A DNA stretch of 64,000 nt, from assembly GCA_001179505.1 (NCBI GenBank), contig CDMY01000484.1:4078-68077 (forward strand), written 5' to 3'. The position numbers were made by a program, and so were the translations under genes. Below the pieces are notes generated by a model that had not been told where the DNA came from, made no database searches, and was given only the letters and a program-made list of their open reading frames with translations. This DNA is from Vitrella brassicaformis CCMP3155 (taxonomy: Eukaryota > Protista > Chromerida). Shown here piece after piece: positions 38,394 through 49,579 of this stretch. Positions within the stretch are counted from its first letter, which is position 1. Each line of letters opens with the position of its first letter.

Positions 38394-41378
38394 ATGGCCC
38401 CACGTTTGTTAGACAAGTTGTGTATTCTTCTTCTTCTCTTCGGGAACACTAACGCTATCACTGACGATGAAGTGCGACAACAAAACACGGAACAACTTCT
38501 GAGCCAACTGAGAGCCATGGGCATCAACCCCACAGCGGGACCGCCGAAGGCCGGAGACGAAGAGGACCTGAATATCCCCGAGCCCTCGATGAACCTGGAG
38601 ACTTTGAGGAAGGAGACCCCATTCACATACAGCCACCCCTTGCCTAACGCCGTCCTCGTCTCGCCGTACACAACGGTTGCTTTCAGAACGAAGGAGAAGG
38701 TGGACAAAGACAGCATCAAGGACAAGATAGCCGTGCAAGGGGACGTGTCCGGCGACCACGACGGCGGCACGCGGTTACTAAGGGACAACCGCACTGTGTA
38801 TTTCACACCAAAGGTGGCATTCATGCCCGGTGAGAGGGTGTTTGTCAAGGTAGAGGCGGGAATCAAAACTACCGACGGCAACTCATTGCCCGCTGCGGAC
38901 TGGAGCTTCACAATGTCATGGAACAAAATGGACACGTACTCCGTAGGAAAGGCCCGGAGGCCCGCAAATGCCACCGATGATGCTTCGTCAGACGAGACAC
39001 TGGACATATTCAGGAAAGTTCAGGACATAAACTGGCTCCTGGGGATTCCTGACCTCACCCCAGACGAAAGGAGCGGGACAGAAGTTGACGGCTCTGCTTG
39101 TGATGAGTCGAAGGAAAGGGAGCTCGGCGCCCCTTATTACATCCCTTCCTGCTCGTACGCACAGGTTTTCCGGCCACCAGGTCACTCTGTTGAGCACCAA
39201 TGGGTCTGTTGGTGCCCTTAGGTACCGTACGCTACCGAAGAGGTACCCACGTTCCAAAGTGACACCTGAAGGTGATTTGGGGAGGCTGTCACCGGGATAC
39301 ATCTTCACTTCCGTGCCAGCGCAGGTCATCATGACGTCGCTAGGAGGTACGATCTTATCCAAGTCGCTAGAAGGTCCTTACTCCCAATCCCCNNNNNNNN
39401 NNNNNNNNNNNNNNNNNNNNNNNNNNNNNNNNNNNNNNNNNNNNNNNNNNNNNNNNNNNNNNNNNNNNNNNNNNNNNNNNNNNNNNNNNNNNNNNNNNNN
39501 NNNNNNNNNNNNNNNNNNNNNNNNNNNNNNNNNNNNNNNNNNNNNNNNNNNNNNNNNNNNNNNNNNNNNNNNNNNNNNNNNNNNNNNNNNNNNNNNNNNN
39601 NNNNNNNNNNNNNNNNNNNNNNNNNNNNNNNNNNNNNNNNNNNNNNNNNNNNNNNNNNNNNNNNNNNNNNNNNNNNNNNNNNNNNNNNNNNNCCAAGACC
39701 CAGTGTTCTTCGACAGAACGTCAGGCCTGTTCAGAGTTGAGGTCACACCAGACGGCCAACTGATGTCGTCTTACACATGTACAAGCTTCGGCGAGGATTA
39801 CAAGCAGCGTCGTGTTTTCCATGTCCAGCACGGAGGCAGTAAGCGATATATCCTCAGTAATAAAAAGAACGCAACAAGTTGCTTTGCTCTGCCAACAGAA
39901 AAAGATCCCCACGACTGTCGGCTGACGCGAAACGGAAATGCCTTGCTGATCATGTATGACAAATCTGCCAATTCTTTCATATTTACATGTGTTCTCCCGT
40001 GTCCAGCTACGATGTACAGCTGTTAGACGTAGAGAAGTTCAATCCAGAAGCAACCCTTCCCAAGGCTGGTGAGTGACGAACACTGATGGATGTACAAACT
40101 CTTGTTTTCTCGTGTGCATTTGTGCCTCGTTCCTGTCTTGCGTGGTATCAGCCGTCGGCGCAGTCGTCCAAGAAGTGGGATCGACAGGTAGGATCATCGT
40201 GCACAAGGAAGAGGGATGAAACCTTAGCTTTGCCGTACCCGAATGCGGTCAGGTGAGGTGATACTTGAATGGCGATCTTGGGATCATCTACCGCGAAGCC
40301 TTTGGGAGAGCTGGTTTCTACCGAAGGAAAAAGTGTTTGACATGTTTCATCTTAATGCGCTGGAGGAAGCTCGCGATGGGAACATCCTGCTTTCGTGAGA
40401 CTTTTGTCTTGCTGGATTTGAGGATGAGCAAAATGGTTTTCCGTTCTTTCTCAGAATGAGACGGACCTCACAAATTGTGAAGGTGGACAGGTTCGAAAGC
40501 ACAGTGGTCATTTCATTTCCAAACACTGAGTGGTGTGTGTCGGTGTGTAGGGATACTGGCGAAGTCATGTGGCGTCTTGGCGGGAAGGCGGGCAACTTCA
40601 GGTATGAATTGAGGTGACTCGGTTCGAAACAGTGCTTGCTGTGTTTTCTTTGAGGATTGTCAACGACCCAAAGGGTCAGTTTTTGGGGCAACACGACGTG
40701 AGAGACCTGGGGGAAAACCGAATCAGCGTGTTTGACAACCAGCACATATACATCAAGTCAAATGACTACACATCACACGATGAGATGGATCGATCACGAG
40801 GTGCTGAGTATGATTTGCTTTTCAATCGTCATGGCCGTCCAAAGGAGGCCCGGTTGGTGAACGAGTATCACATAGGCATCACGGCTGGCGCACTAGGCAG
40901 TTACAGGCGGATGCACAACGGCAACGGTGTTTACTGCCTGGGGGTAAGTTTGGAGAAGGGAAAGCTAGTCAACAATCCCTTTTACATCGAGACGGACCCG
41001 GACGGCAATCTGTTGACAAAGATGGAGTGGACTCGGTTTCATTTTACCGGTCGCTCCGTGAAAAGCCAGTGGATTGGCGAGCCTGACTGGGACCCATCAA
41101 TTCTGCTAGACTCAAACAATCTCACCAAGACCCTGCGCCTTCATTTTTCGTGGAACGGTGCGACTGAAGTGAAGAAATGGCGAATTTTGATGGGGGAGAA
41201 TGAAAACAAAACCCACTTGACAGACGTGCTCGTAGAAATCGAGAAGACGCAGTTTGAGCACTGGGTTGATGTGATCGAGGGAGCCAAGAAGTGTCAGTAC
41301 TTCCAGGCTGTGGCGATTGATAAAAAAGGAGAGGAGATGCGCCGATCGCCAATAGTTCAGACAAAGCCATGCAGTTGA
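38394..41378 (+). CDS. Secreted arylsulfotransferase with Big_5-like Ig domain, copy 2; multi-exon, contains a gap
   Basis: MAPRLLDKLCILLLLFG signal; PLPNAVLVSPYTTVAF; DPHDCRLTRNGNALL; FDMFHLNALEE; GQHDVR; ISVFDNQ; GALGSYRRMHNGNGV; SWNGATEVKKWRIL. Paralogous to 33759-36327. Confidence 0.85.
39393..39692. other. Assembly gap (300 N)
   Basis: Run of N. Confidence 1.
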
Positions 41379-42723
41379 AGCTTTCTATGAGACAACAAAC
41401 AAGGCAGGCACGGAGAGAGGGAATTCGGGTTCAAAAAGGAGGAAGCGAATGGCCGCACCAATCTTTATAAGTATCTACATCAATACCTTGACCTTCAGAC
41501 GGAACGCACCAGCGGTGCCGCTCAGTGTTCTGGCGGCCCTCCGTACATGACTAATGCGCGCGTCCGTAATCGTAGGAATGGGATATGGAGTCAGTGTCGG
41601 GTAAGCTTGAGTCTGTCCAGTAGTGGGAAATGATGCAGAGAAGACAACAGAATAAGCACGCGTCAACCAAAAAATACAGACTCTACTATACACACATGTT
41701 CGCCGACCACTCGGCATAGCAAGTTGGCTGACAAGAAACGTCACATAGAACAAACAGCTTCCACTCCAACAGAGGGCCAATGCCCTCTGGGAGATGTGTC
41801 GCTTGCAGCGGGGAGCGGGATGTGTTGCTTCGATGATGTTGCGTCTCTACCGGCGGTGCCATACATGTATGTACCGGGGAATCAGGAGGAGATCTTTCTC
41901 CTTGACGACTATGGGAAACAGTAGTGGAAGCTGTTTGTCTCACAGAAACAGACTCCTTATCATTGAAACAGACTCGAGAATGGCCATGCAGTGCATGATT
42001 CACACCAATAGATTCACACTTGCTTCACACTTGCATTCTTGGACCTATATATACGGACACGCATATGGATAGAGCCAAATTGTATTCAACTCCAAGCGGC
42101 TGATCGACCGACACACACAGACAATGCATGCACCGCCTGCGCCCTGCCACCCCTATCCCTTCTTTCCACGCCCTTTCGACTTCGTCGGTCTCATGCGTTT
42201 CTGCACACACAACACACAGCACACAAGCAACGCACAAATATGTGTGTCACGAGGTTGGAGGCCTGGACGGTGCGCGGCTCACAGCGGAACCTAAGAAACC
42301 CTACCCTGAACCGAAGGGTTTCGAACCATCCGATCAACCCCTTTAAGTGATATGACGTGTTGCGTGCATTCTGTGCGTGCGAACTCGTTTTTCGTCTCTT
42401 CCAATCTGTTTGTTTCGTCCATTAAAGCCTATCCCATTTCCACCACATACGTCCATCATCACTCACGCATCAGTTTCGCACACAAACACGCACAGAGTCT
42501 TACGCATATACACACACACTCACGAGATGACGTAAATTCCCAAAACCGCCATCAGACTGCTCTGTATAATCGGGGACGCAGTTTACAGACGCAGAAAAGA
42601 GCATAGGCACCAATCGGCATGCATATATACACACCCCGCCCGTCTCACTTGCTCAACGAGTCTCTCCCTTGTTCCTCTACCTAACCCGCCTTCCTTTACC
42701 CTCTCTCACTAGTCACTGGCTAG

Positions 42724-43330
42724 TCATTCCTGCATCGGCACAGCTCCGTCTTCGCCGTCGTTGTTGTTGTTGGCGAGCGGGTTGTTGGTGTTGATGTAGT
42801 ATTCCGCCCTCAGTTGTTGCATCGTCTTGTTCTCGCAAAGCTTTTTGACGGCGTTTCGTGCACAGATGGTCTGCAACTTCTGAGACACACAGCAGAGGGA
42901 CACCAACACACGCATCTCTCTATCTGTCTGTTCTCTCTCTGTCTAATACATACACACCTGGATGAGTTTGATTCTGGTGCAATTGAGGCAGATGAAGTTG
43001 TGCTCCGTCATTGCCTGTGCCTGTGTCGCCACTTTGAACACCAAGTGGACCACGTCATTATACTTGTAGTGCTTGTAGTTGTCGGCACTCCCGTGGTATT
43101 TGCACACCCGTGTGTGACAGCTCACGCACACCTTACAGCGAGGGCTTGCTGTCTTCTCCTGGCATCCAGGGATGGAGCAGGCCAAGCCCTTGGCTGTTTT
43201 GATGCCAGTAGGTCTTCTCTTCTTGTTGCTGTTGCTGTTGGTGTTCTCACTCCCTTCTGGTGGCTGTTTGCGGGGCACCTCCTTCACACACCCCTCAATA
43301 ATCTCCTCCACCTCTTCCTGCCAGCGGGAG
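42724..43330 (-). CDS. Spliced Cys/His-rich (zinc-finger-like) hypothetical protein; 5' end unresolved
   Basis: CSIPGC...CKVCVSCHTRVCKYH...FICLNC. A phase-0 GT-AG intron at 42880-42957 joins IKLIQ|KLQTICARN in frame. GC-rich, host-like composition. Confidence 0.45.
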
Positions 43331-43754
43331 TGCGGGAAGGGGCTGGCATTGCGGTCAATGGCTTCGCTGTGGTAGAGGGGGTGTATGATGACGGCGTGCA
43401 AACCCATAACTAGGACAAAGAAGGGGAGGGGGGTGTCTTTCGTCCAGGTCATTGTGACGTCAAACAAGGGAAGGAAACGGGAAGGCGGGTGGAAAGAACA
43501 ACAAAGGCGGGAACCGTTGAGCAAGAGAGAGGGCGTGGCGGAACCACAAACGAGAATAGATACGCAAAAGCAGAAGATATCCGTCACGGCGATTAAATGA
43601 TGCCTTGCTTGCTTGTCCAGATCTAGCGAACCCCCGCATTTACCATGGCCACTATACCTCAGGTGGTCGGGTGCCTTATTGGAATCCACATGTCGTGAGT
43701 TCAACCCCTGTCGGGGATGGATACACGGAAATTTACACAGGACGGTTAAACTGC

Positions 43755-43960
43755 TAACGGACAGTCTCTAAAAGAGAGACTGGACGGGGTTTAGTGCTAA
43801 CGGCCGTGTAACGCAGGGATGTGGAGAGATAGGGCAAGCCTGTTAACGGACAGTGGAAAAGGGGACGGGGCTTGAAGGACAATGGAATGTGGAGGGATAG
43901 GGCAAACTTATTAACGGACAGTGGAAAACTGGACGGGGCTTGAAGAAAATGGAATGAATG
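43755..43960. repeat. Imperfect 68-bp tandem repeat at the left edge of the viral element
   Basis: TAACGGACAGT at 43755, 43844 and 43912; ATGTGGAG at 43819 and 43887; GGACGGGG in each unit. The first copy carries a CAGTCTCT...AGAGACTG hairpin. Confidence 0.8.
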
Positions 43961-44084
43961 GTGGAATGGGTGGAAAAATGGAAGGGCAAGGAGGAGGGGA
44001 GAGGGAAAGAAAAAGATGGAGTATGACAAATCGTATATATTCTACTTTCAATATTCTATGAATTAAAAAGTCATACCAATATAG

Positions 44085-44261
44085 ATGTTTAATAATTTGA
44101 TTCAACAATTGAAAAAAAATAAAAATACAAATAATGATAATAGTAATGATGGAAAAATACTTTACCAGTTTTATTTAAAGCGTCTGAAAAATGCGAAAAT
44201 AAAAGATGCGGAGCAGGTGGCTCGGCGGATAGAGCGTGCAGTCAATACAAAAATGAAATGA
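44085..44261 (+). CDS. Small basic hypothetical viral protein (58 aa)
   Basis: ATG at 44085 to TGA at 44261: MFNNLIQQLKKNKN...VARRIERAVNTKMK. Below the cutoff of the ORF track. Confidence 0.45.
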   Translation: MFNNLIQQLKKNKNTNNDNSNDGKILYQFYLKRLKNAKIKDAEQVARRIERAVNTKMK

Positions 44262-44308
44262 AAATAATTATATATAAATTAATAATTATATATAAATTAA
44301 TAAATGAG

Positions 44309-44971
44309 ATGCACGAAAAAATACGGAACTGCCGAGAGCTATTCAATAAGATCGCTAACGAGAAGAAGTGCTGGATACTGTTAATTACGGGAAGAATTAA
44401 TACGGGAAAGACCCTGATTGCACTATCATTATATCGGTATCTGCGGGATAGGAATAAGTTTGATGATGAGCTTATAGTGACGGTGCAACCTGAATTGTGG
44501 TTAAAGAATGGCGTGAAGCGTCATAAGGTTTTGACCAAAGTAACAGAAGAGCAAATCAAGGCGTTAGCGGAACATCAAGAGAAGACAAAGAAGCGAAGAC
44601 GAGTGCTTTTAATACTTGACGATAGTATTGCTACGATGGACGACACGAGAAGTAAAGAATTTGAGAGATTACTTACTATTGTTAGACATATGAATGTCAG
44701 TATTGTTCAGATAAGTCAGTCTGTAAAAAGAGTATCAACATTAATAAGAAGCATTTATGATTTTGCATTTTTATAACGCCAATGTGGCCATGGTAGTCTG
44801 GCAATTCTTCACGAAGAGATATTCAATGATGGCAAAAAAAAATCAGAATTTTATAAGTATTTTGATAATGCAACAAATAATTATTGTTTTGTTTCAGTAA
44901 ATGCACGTAGTCCAAACACAGAAATAAAGGAGAATTACTGTGATTATAAATCGTTTGGGATTATAGAATAA
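44309..44971 (+). pseudogene. A32/FtsK-like genome packaging ATPase with one in-frame TAA (44774-44776)
   Basis: Walker A ITGRINTGKT, Walker B LLILDD, A32 motif RHMNVSIVQISQ. The frame continues past TAA as RQCGHGSLAILHEEIF...EFYKYFDNATNNYCFVSVN and ends at 44971, abutting the convergent stop at 44973. Confidence 0.88.
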
Positions 44972-44972
44972 A

Positions 44973-45929
44973 TTAACGTGGGACTTGTAGTAGCGGTTGT
45001 ATGTTATCTCCTATTCTTGGCCCTCTTGTCGTTCTGTGTGTCGTTGGTGGCTGATAGGCTGGTGCAGGAGGGTTCCATTCAGGTGGAATATTAAGCGGTG
45101 GCTCTGGTGCAGGAGGTGGTATTTGTCTTGGTCCTGTTTCAGGTTCTGGTTCATAATTGGGTGGAAAATTAGTTGGTGGTTCGGGTGCTGGTTCGGGTAA
45201 TGCAGGAGGTGGCGGTTCAATTGGTTCAGGTTGCGGTTCAAAAGGCGGTTCTTCTAATGGTTCAGGCAAACCTCCATCAGCGGGAGGAAGTTGAGGTGGA
45301 GGAGGAGGTGGTGGTGGTTGCTGTGGAGGTGGAATATAGCGATGATTAATTAATTGATCTTGTATTTCATCAGTATCCGCAACTTTAAGAACCTCTTGAA
45401 CAGATAAATCAACATTAGCATTCTTACCCAAGAATTTTTCAAAAAATGATTTAATGGTTGGATTATTTAAATCTGATGAATAAACATTAAAGCCATTATC
45501 TCTACTATTTAATGCACCTTTAAGTATATCATTTCTTTTAAGTATATTCATGAAAGCATCAAGTTTGTTTTCTTTATTAAGTTCATTCACATTAACAAGC
45601 AAAGCACGATTATCTTTAAAATTATAGAAGGTATCTTTATCCCAAGTAAATCCTTTTTTCTTGTCAATGGGAGGGAAAGTAAATAGCATTTGTCCTTCTT
45701 CTAGTTCAGGTGGTATGTCAGTAACTTTGTGTAGACTAAATAAAGGTGCTTTTGTTTTTGGTAATAAATTTTCAGCCTGTGATTTAAGATAATCTAGGCC
45801 AGCATCATAATTTTCTCGCTCTTCATCATTCATTCCCCAGTACAAATCGTGTAGTTCTTTTAATTGTGTTGAATTATTAGTCATGTTATAAATGGTTTGA
45901 AAAAGTGTATCCTCAGTAAAAGCACTCAT
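44973..45929 (-). CDS. Hypothetical viral protein with Pro/Glu-rich C-terminal region (318 aa)
   Basis: Intact ORF with TATATA upstream; PPPPPP/PEP repeats. Confidence 0.75.
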   Translation of the reverse strand: MSAFTEDTLFQTIYNMTNNSTQLKELHDLYWGMNDEERENYDAGLDYLKSQAENLLPKTKAPLFSLHKVTDIPPELEEGQMLFTFPPIDKKKGFTWDKDTFYNFKDNRALLVNVNELNKENKLDAFMNILKRNDILKGALNSRDNGFNVYSSDLNNPTIKSFFEKFLGKNANVDLSVQEVLKVADTDEIQDQLINHRYIPPPQQPPPPPPPPQLPPADGGLPEPLEEPPFEPQPEPIEPPPPALPEPAPEPPTNFPPNYEPEPETGPRQIPPPAPEPPLNIPPEWNPPAPAYQPPTTHRTTRGPRIGDNIQPLLQVPR

Positions 45930-45963
45930 ATTCTATATATTTATCTCTTTATTTTTTTTTTGC

Positions 45964-46530
45964 CTACTGTCGCTGGTTTATCAGAGCTTGACCAAGACGC
46001 AAGTTCGGGTCATTATAAGTTTGTCTCTGTGTCTGCATGGCTAATTGACTTAATTTATCAGGCAGTAGTTCGTTATACATTTTAAGTTCAGCAGAGGCGA
46101 TAGGGTTAATAACAGCCTGTGCCATAGATACAGCTTCACTTTCAGTATATCCAAGTCTCATAAATTTAGTAATGTAGTATATTTTGACACTTTTAATGTA
46201 TGACCGAATACGGATAAGTTCATTGAGTTTATTAGTTAAATAACCTTGTGGTTGAGTAACAGAACGAATATAATTGGTCAACCGAATAATTTGTTTGTCA
46301 ATATTCCCACTGTCATTAACAATGGGTTGAGCGTGATAATCAGCATTTGCATGACCCAATCCTTGCATAATATTATACAACTCACTATCTTGAATTCCAT
46401 GAGGTTCAATTGTGCTGTCTCTGGTTGCTCTTGCTGTCTGACCCTGACGCACTACTGGACGTAATTGACTTACTGCATTGACAAGACCCTGAGGATTAAT
46501 TTGAGTTGCTGCTGGTAGTGCTGCTGCCAT
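45964..46530 (-). CDS. Hypothetical viral protein (188 aa) next to the MCP
   Basis: Intact ORF preceded by ATATATA. Confidence 0.7.
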   Translation of the reverse strand: MAAALPAATQINPQGLVNAVSQLRPVVRQGQTARATRDSTIEPHGIQDSELYNIMQGLGHANADYHAQPIVNDSGNIDKQIIRLTNYIRSVTQPQGYLTNKLNELIRIRSYIKSVKIYYITKFMRLGYTESEAVSMAQAVINPIASAELKMYNELLPDKLSQLAMQTQRQTYNDPNLRLGQALINQRQ

Positions 46531-46596
46531 CTCTACTTAATTAAGTTGTATATATATTTTTATAAAAAAAATAATTAATTGTATTCAGTTTAATAT

Positions 46597-47850
46597 TCAC
46601 TGCAAAATAGTTAATTGACCTGACGAAGGGACGCATTGAAGTAGTTGGTAACTATAATTTACAATATGAATTGTGTAATCTTCTGCTGTTGGAGAGTCAA
46701 ACGATACCGATATTCTCTCATTCCCAGTCAATTTTTTGTAGCCAAAGCTAGATCCTGACAAAAGTGCTATTGGTGCCCGAGTTGAGAAAGAAAAGAAATA
46801 AGTATTCGGATTTTCAAGAAACGAGCTATTTCGTAGGTATTTATCAAAGTATTCATATGCCATGACACTTCTCTTAAATGCACTGTTGACTTCACTGGCA
46901 TATGATATGATATTACCTGAACTATCTTTTAGAACAAAACTTTTAATTGCTACATTATTATCAATTATATCATCACCAGTAGGTGAAGGTTTAGTAATGT
47001 AAAATAGAATAAATGCAGAACATGAAGTAAAGTTAATGTATTTATCCAGCCAATCAGTGGTTCCAATAGGAATGTGCATCTGGGCTCGCTCTGGAAGCAG
47101 AATACGGTAATGCTTGATATTGCGATTGGCAAGGATTGCGGACTTAATTGACTTGTTAAAGTCTTGGAAAAAACACCAGAGACGGCAGGATTCAATACCT
47201 CCGCCAGTTGGAGACGTCCCGTCATAAACAAAACTATCATCAAGGCTTCGGAACTTAACAACAATACGCAATTTTCCTTTTAGGAACATAAGGGGAAGGT
47301 CAGTGTTAAAGAAGACGCTACGAAGTGGAAGGTAATATGTCAGTCTACTGTTCGTGTTATCGTCTGCTCTCTCCACTGCTGTCCCCATTCCAGCGAATGT
47401 ATTAATTGTATCCAATGCTTCCGAAGCATGTGATAAAGCGATCGCCCAGTATAAATCTTCCCCATGAAAAACCTTTAACATATGAGTTCCATTGCCACTA
47501 AAAATTGTGACTTGGTCAATAAAAAGAGGTACTTTATTGTAATACAATCCATTAGCAGTGCCTCCTGTCTGTGAGAGTTGCGACAGTTTTATCTCAAAAT
47601 AAGCATTCAAAAGCATATAACTTTCCTCAATTTCCCATACAGCAGTATTGGAAAAATCGGGAGTTCCCGATGTCTTTTCATACACCCTAAATTCTCCCTT
47701 ATTCCACTGACTATTTGCCGAAATATTAGACTTTGCCAGATTGAAGACTAGACCGCTTTTTGATTTCTGCGGAAGATGACGAAATTTATTAAGGGTTGCA
47801 TCAACATTTTCGGGCATATTCAAACTTTTCTGAACAGCAGATTTAGACAT
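46597..47850 (-). CDS. Double-jelly-roll major capsid protein (417 aa), intact
   Basis: Size and beta-strand pattern typical of Polinton/PLV MCPs (AYFEIKL, TYYLPLRSVFFNTDLPLMFLKGKLRIVVKFR, YFFSFS, GYKKLTGNERISVSF); lies among ATPase and penton genes. Confidence 0.82.
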   Translation of the reverse strand: MSKSAVQKSLNMPENVDATLNKFRHLPQKSKSGLVFNLAKSNISANSQWNKGEFRVYEKTSGTPDFSNTAVWEIEESYMLLNAYFEIKLSQLSQTGGTANGLYYNKVPLFIDQVTIFSGNGTHMLKVFHGEDLYWAIALSHASEALDTINTFAGMGTAVERADDNTNSRLTYYLPLRSVFFNTDLPLMFLKGKLRIVVKFRSLDDSFVYDGTSPTGGGIESCRLWCFFQDFNKSIKSAILANRNIKHYRILLPERAQMHIPIGTTDWLDKYINFTSCSAFILFYITKPSPTGDDIIDNNVAIKSFVLKDSSGNIISYASEVNSAFKRSVMAYEYFDKYLRNSSFLENPNTYFFSFSTRAPIALLSGSSFGYKKLTGNERISVSFDSPTAEDYTIHIVNYSYQLLQCVPSSGQLTILQ

Positions 47851-47921
47851 ATTGATTTTGGTTTCTCAATATCCGAACGAGGATATATATAAAAAATAAT
47901 ATAAAAATAATTAATTAATTA

Positions 47922-48410
47922 TCACTCAACGGGTGGAACTTCGGGTGCCATCGCTCCCTCTTCAAGTTTTTTTGCTATTTGTTCGCTAATCATATCACCA
48001 GCATAATGTGCCACAAAATACACCACAACAAGTGAATAATCAGGATCTTTACTAAACAAAAGCTCATTTGCCATTCGTGCGACTACACCCCGTAAAGCAC
48101 CTACCATTGCTTTATTTTCAAGTTTCAGATTTAGAAATATCGGGCTCATAAGTAAATCATTTACAACATCTGAATAAGTTGATAGAAGACTGCTTAACCC
48201 TTCGTGGACATCTGCTGATAATCTGAAACCAGCAATATATTTATCTGCTCTTCGCTTTTTATACGGGTTTATTTTACTCAATGACCAGACCAGTGATGAA
48301 GTGACCAGACTTTTCATATTCGCCTTTACAAAAGTTGTTGCAAAATTTGTGTATGAACTTAAAAAATCAAAAGAAGACCCACCTGTTGCTTCTTCTTCTA
48401 ATGTTGTCAT
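47922..48410 (-). CDS. Hypothetical viral protein (162 aa)
   Basis: Intact ORF preceded by TATATA. Confidence 0.7.
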   Translation of the reverse strand: MTTLEEEATGGSSFDFLSSYTNFATTFVKANMKSLVTSSLVWSLSKINPYKKRRADKYIAGFRLSADVHEGLSSLLSTYSDVVNDLLMSPIFLNLKLENKAMVGALRGVVARMANELLFSKDPDYSLVVVYFVAHYAGDMISEQIAKKLEEGAMAPEVPPVE

Positions 48411-48452
48411 TACAATTGTATATAAAATAAAAGAAAAAGATAATTATTTAAT

Positions 48453-48725
48453 TTATGTTATAGTTCTCACACTCTCAAAAATTCCCCACAATCTGATAGT
48501 TAATGCGATTCCTACCACAGATAATAATACAATTGTAATATACGATAAAAATAACCTGCTTCCATCTCCTTTTCTGGTCTGACTTGGATGAAGTTTCGGA
48601 GCGGATTTACTTAACATATTACTTGTCGTTGCATCTATCGCTTCATAAATTATCTCGTAAATCTGATCCAATACTGGAAGTAAAACTTCTTGTGTGATAA
48701 ACGACCCGATGCCAAGTGAGGACAT
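48453..48725 (-). CDS. Small viral membrane protein (90 aa, C-terminal TM)
   Basis: LFLSYITIVLLSVVGIALTI hydrophobic helix. Confidence 0.65.
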   Translation of the reverse strand: MSSLGIGSFITQEVLLPVLDQIYEIIYEAIDATTSNMLSKSAPKLHPSQTRKGDGSRLFLSYITIVLLSVVGIALTIRLWGIFESVRTIT

Positions 48726-48762
48726 AATATGATTATATTATATGATGAAAAATATTAATTTA

Positions 48763-49566
48763 TTATCCCGCAGTTATACTATACAATTTATAAAGTCTAA
48801 AAGCAAGACCTAAACCGAGAATTGAAGCATAATATCCGACAACCATAAGATAAAGATTTACAAAAGGATCCTTATTATACTCTGGATCGTAATATTGTTT
48901 AATACCTGAATATTTACTTAAACCCATCATTTTATCAATAAGATGATAGTATAAATGATATGTAAAATCTAAATAATCATACAATAAGTAAAATATTGTA
49001 AATAATCCTTTGTTTTTACTGCCTGACCAGTCAAAGTCTGGTGTGTCATCATCATCAAAAGGGTTATTGTTTTCATAATCAAAATCATCCCCATATTTAG
49101 GTATATCGGTCGCATCTCCTTCTTCTGTCTCATCCCATACTAATTTTCCGTCATCATTACGTATTATTTTTTCTCGTGGTAATGTAGAAAAATCAAAACC
49201 ATCTACATGAGCATCAGGTGAATTTCCAGTTGCCCCTTGAAATTCATTACGCCATTTTTGCGAAACATCAGGAGGGGCGTGTGTATCTACTTTTCTCACC
49301 ACATCTTTCCATAGTCGTTCGTTTTCTGCCTTACCGAATTCAAAATTCTCAAAACGCCATATTACGTAATCAGTTCTTGCCATTGGAGGAGCGTAATTAA
49401 CGTAATCCCAGATAGATATACCAAGTGCTTCATGACCTTTCATATATTGCTGTTGTCTTGGTGAACTTGTTGGTTCAGAATGAGTCGCCATTAAGGCAAT
49501 CCAGTTCCAATTTGACCATCTTGATCTTATATCTTGTGATGTTTCTGGACTTTCCCACGATGACAT
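48763..49566 (-). CDS. Viral protein with C-terminal TM (267 aa)
   Basis: Intact ORF; LYLMVVGYYASILGLGLAF helix near the C-terminus. Confidence 0.7.
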   Translation of the reverse strand: MSSWESPETSQDIRSRWSNWNWIALMATHSEPTSSPRQQQYMKGHEALGISIWDYVNYAPPMARTDYVIWRFENFEFGKAENERLWKDVVRKVDTHAPPDVSQKWRNEFQGATGNSPDAHVDGFDFSTLPREKIIRNDDGKLVWDETEEGDATDIPKYGDDFDYENNNPFDDDDTPDFDWSGSKNKGLFTIFYLLYDYLDFTYHLYYHLIDKMMGLSKYSGIKQYYDPEYNKDPFVNLYLMVVGYYASILGLGLAFRLYKLYSITAG

Positions 49567-49579
49567 TATTATATACTAC

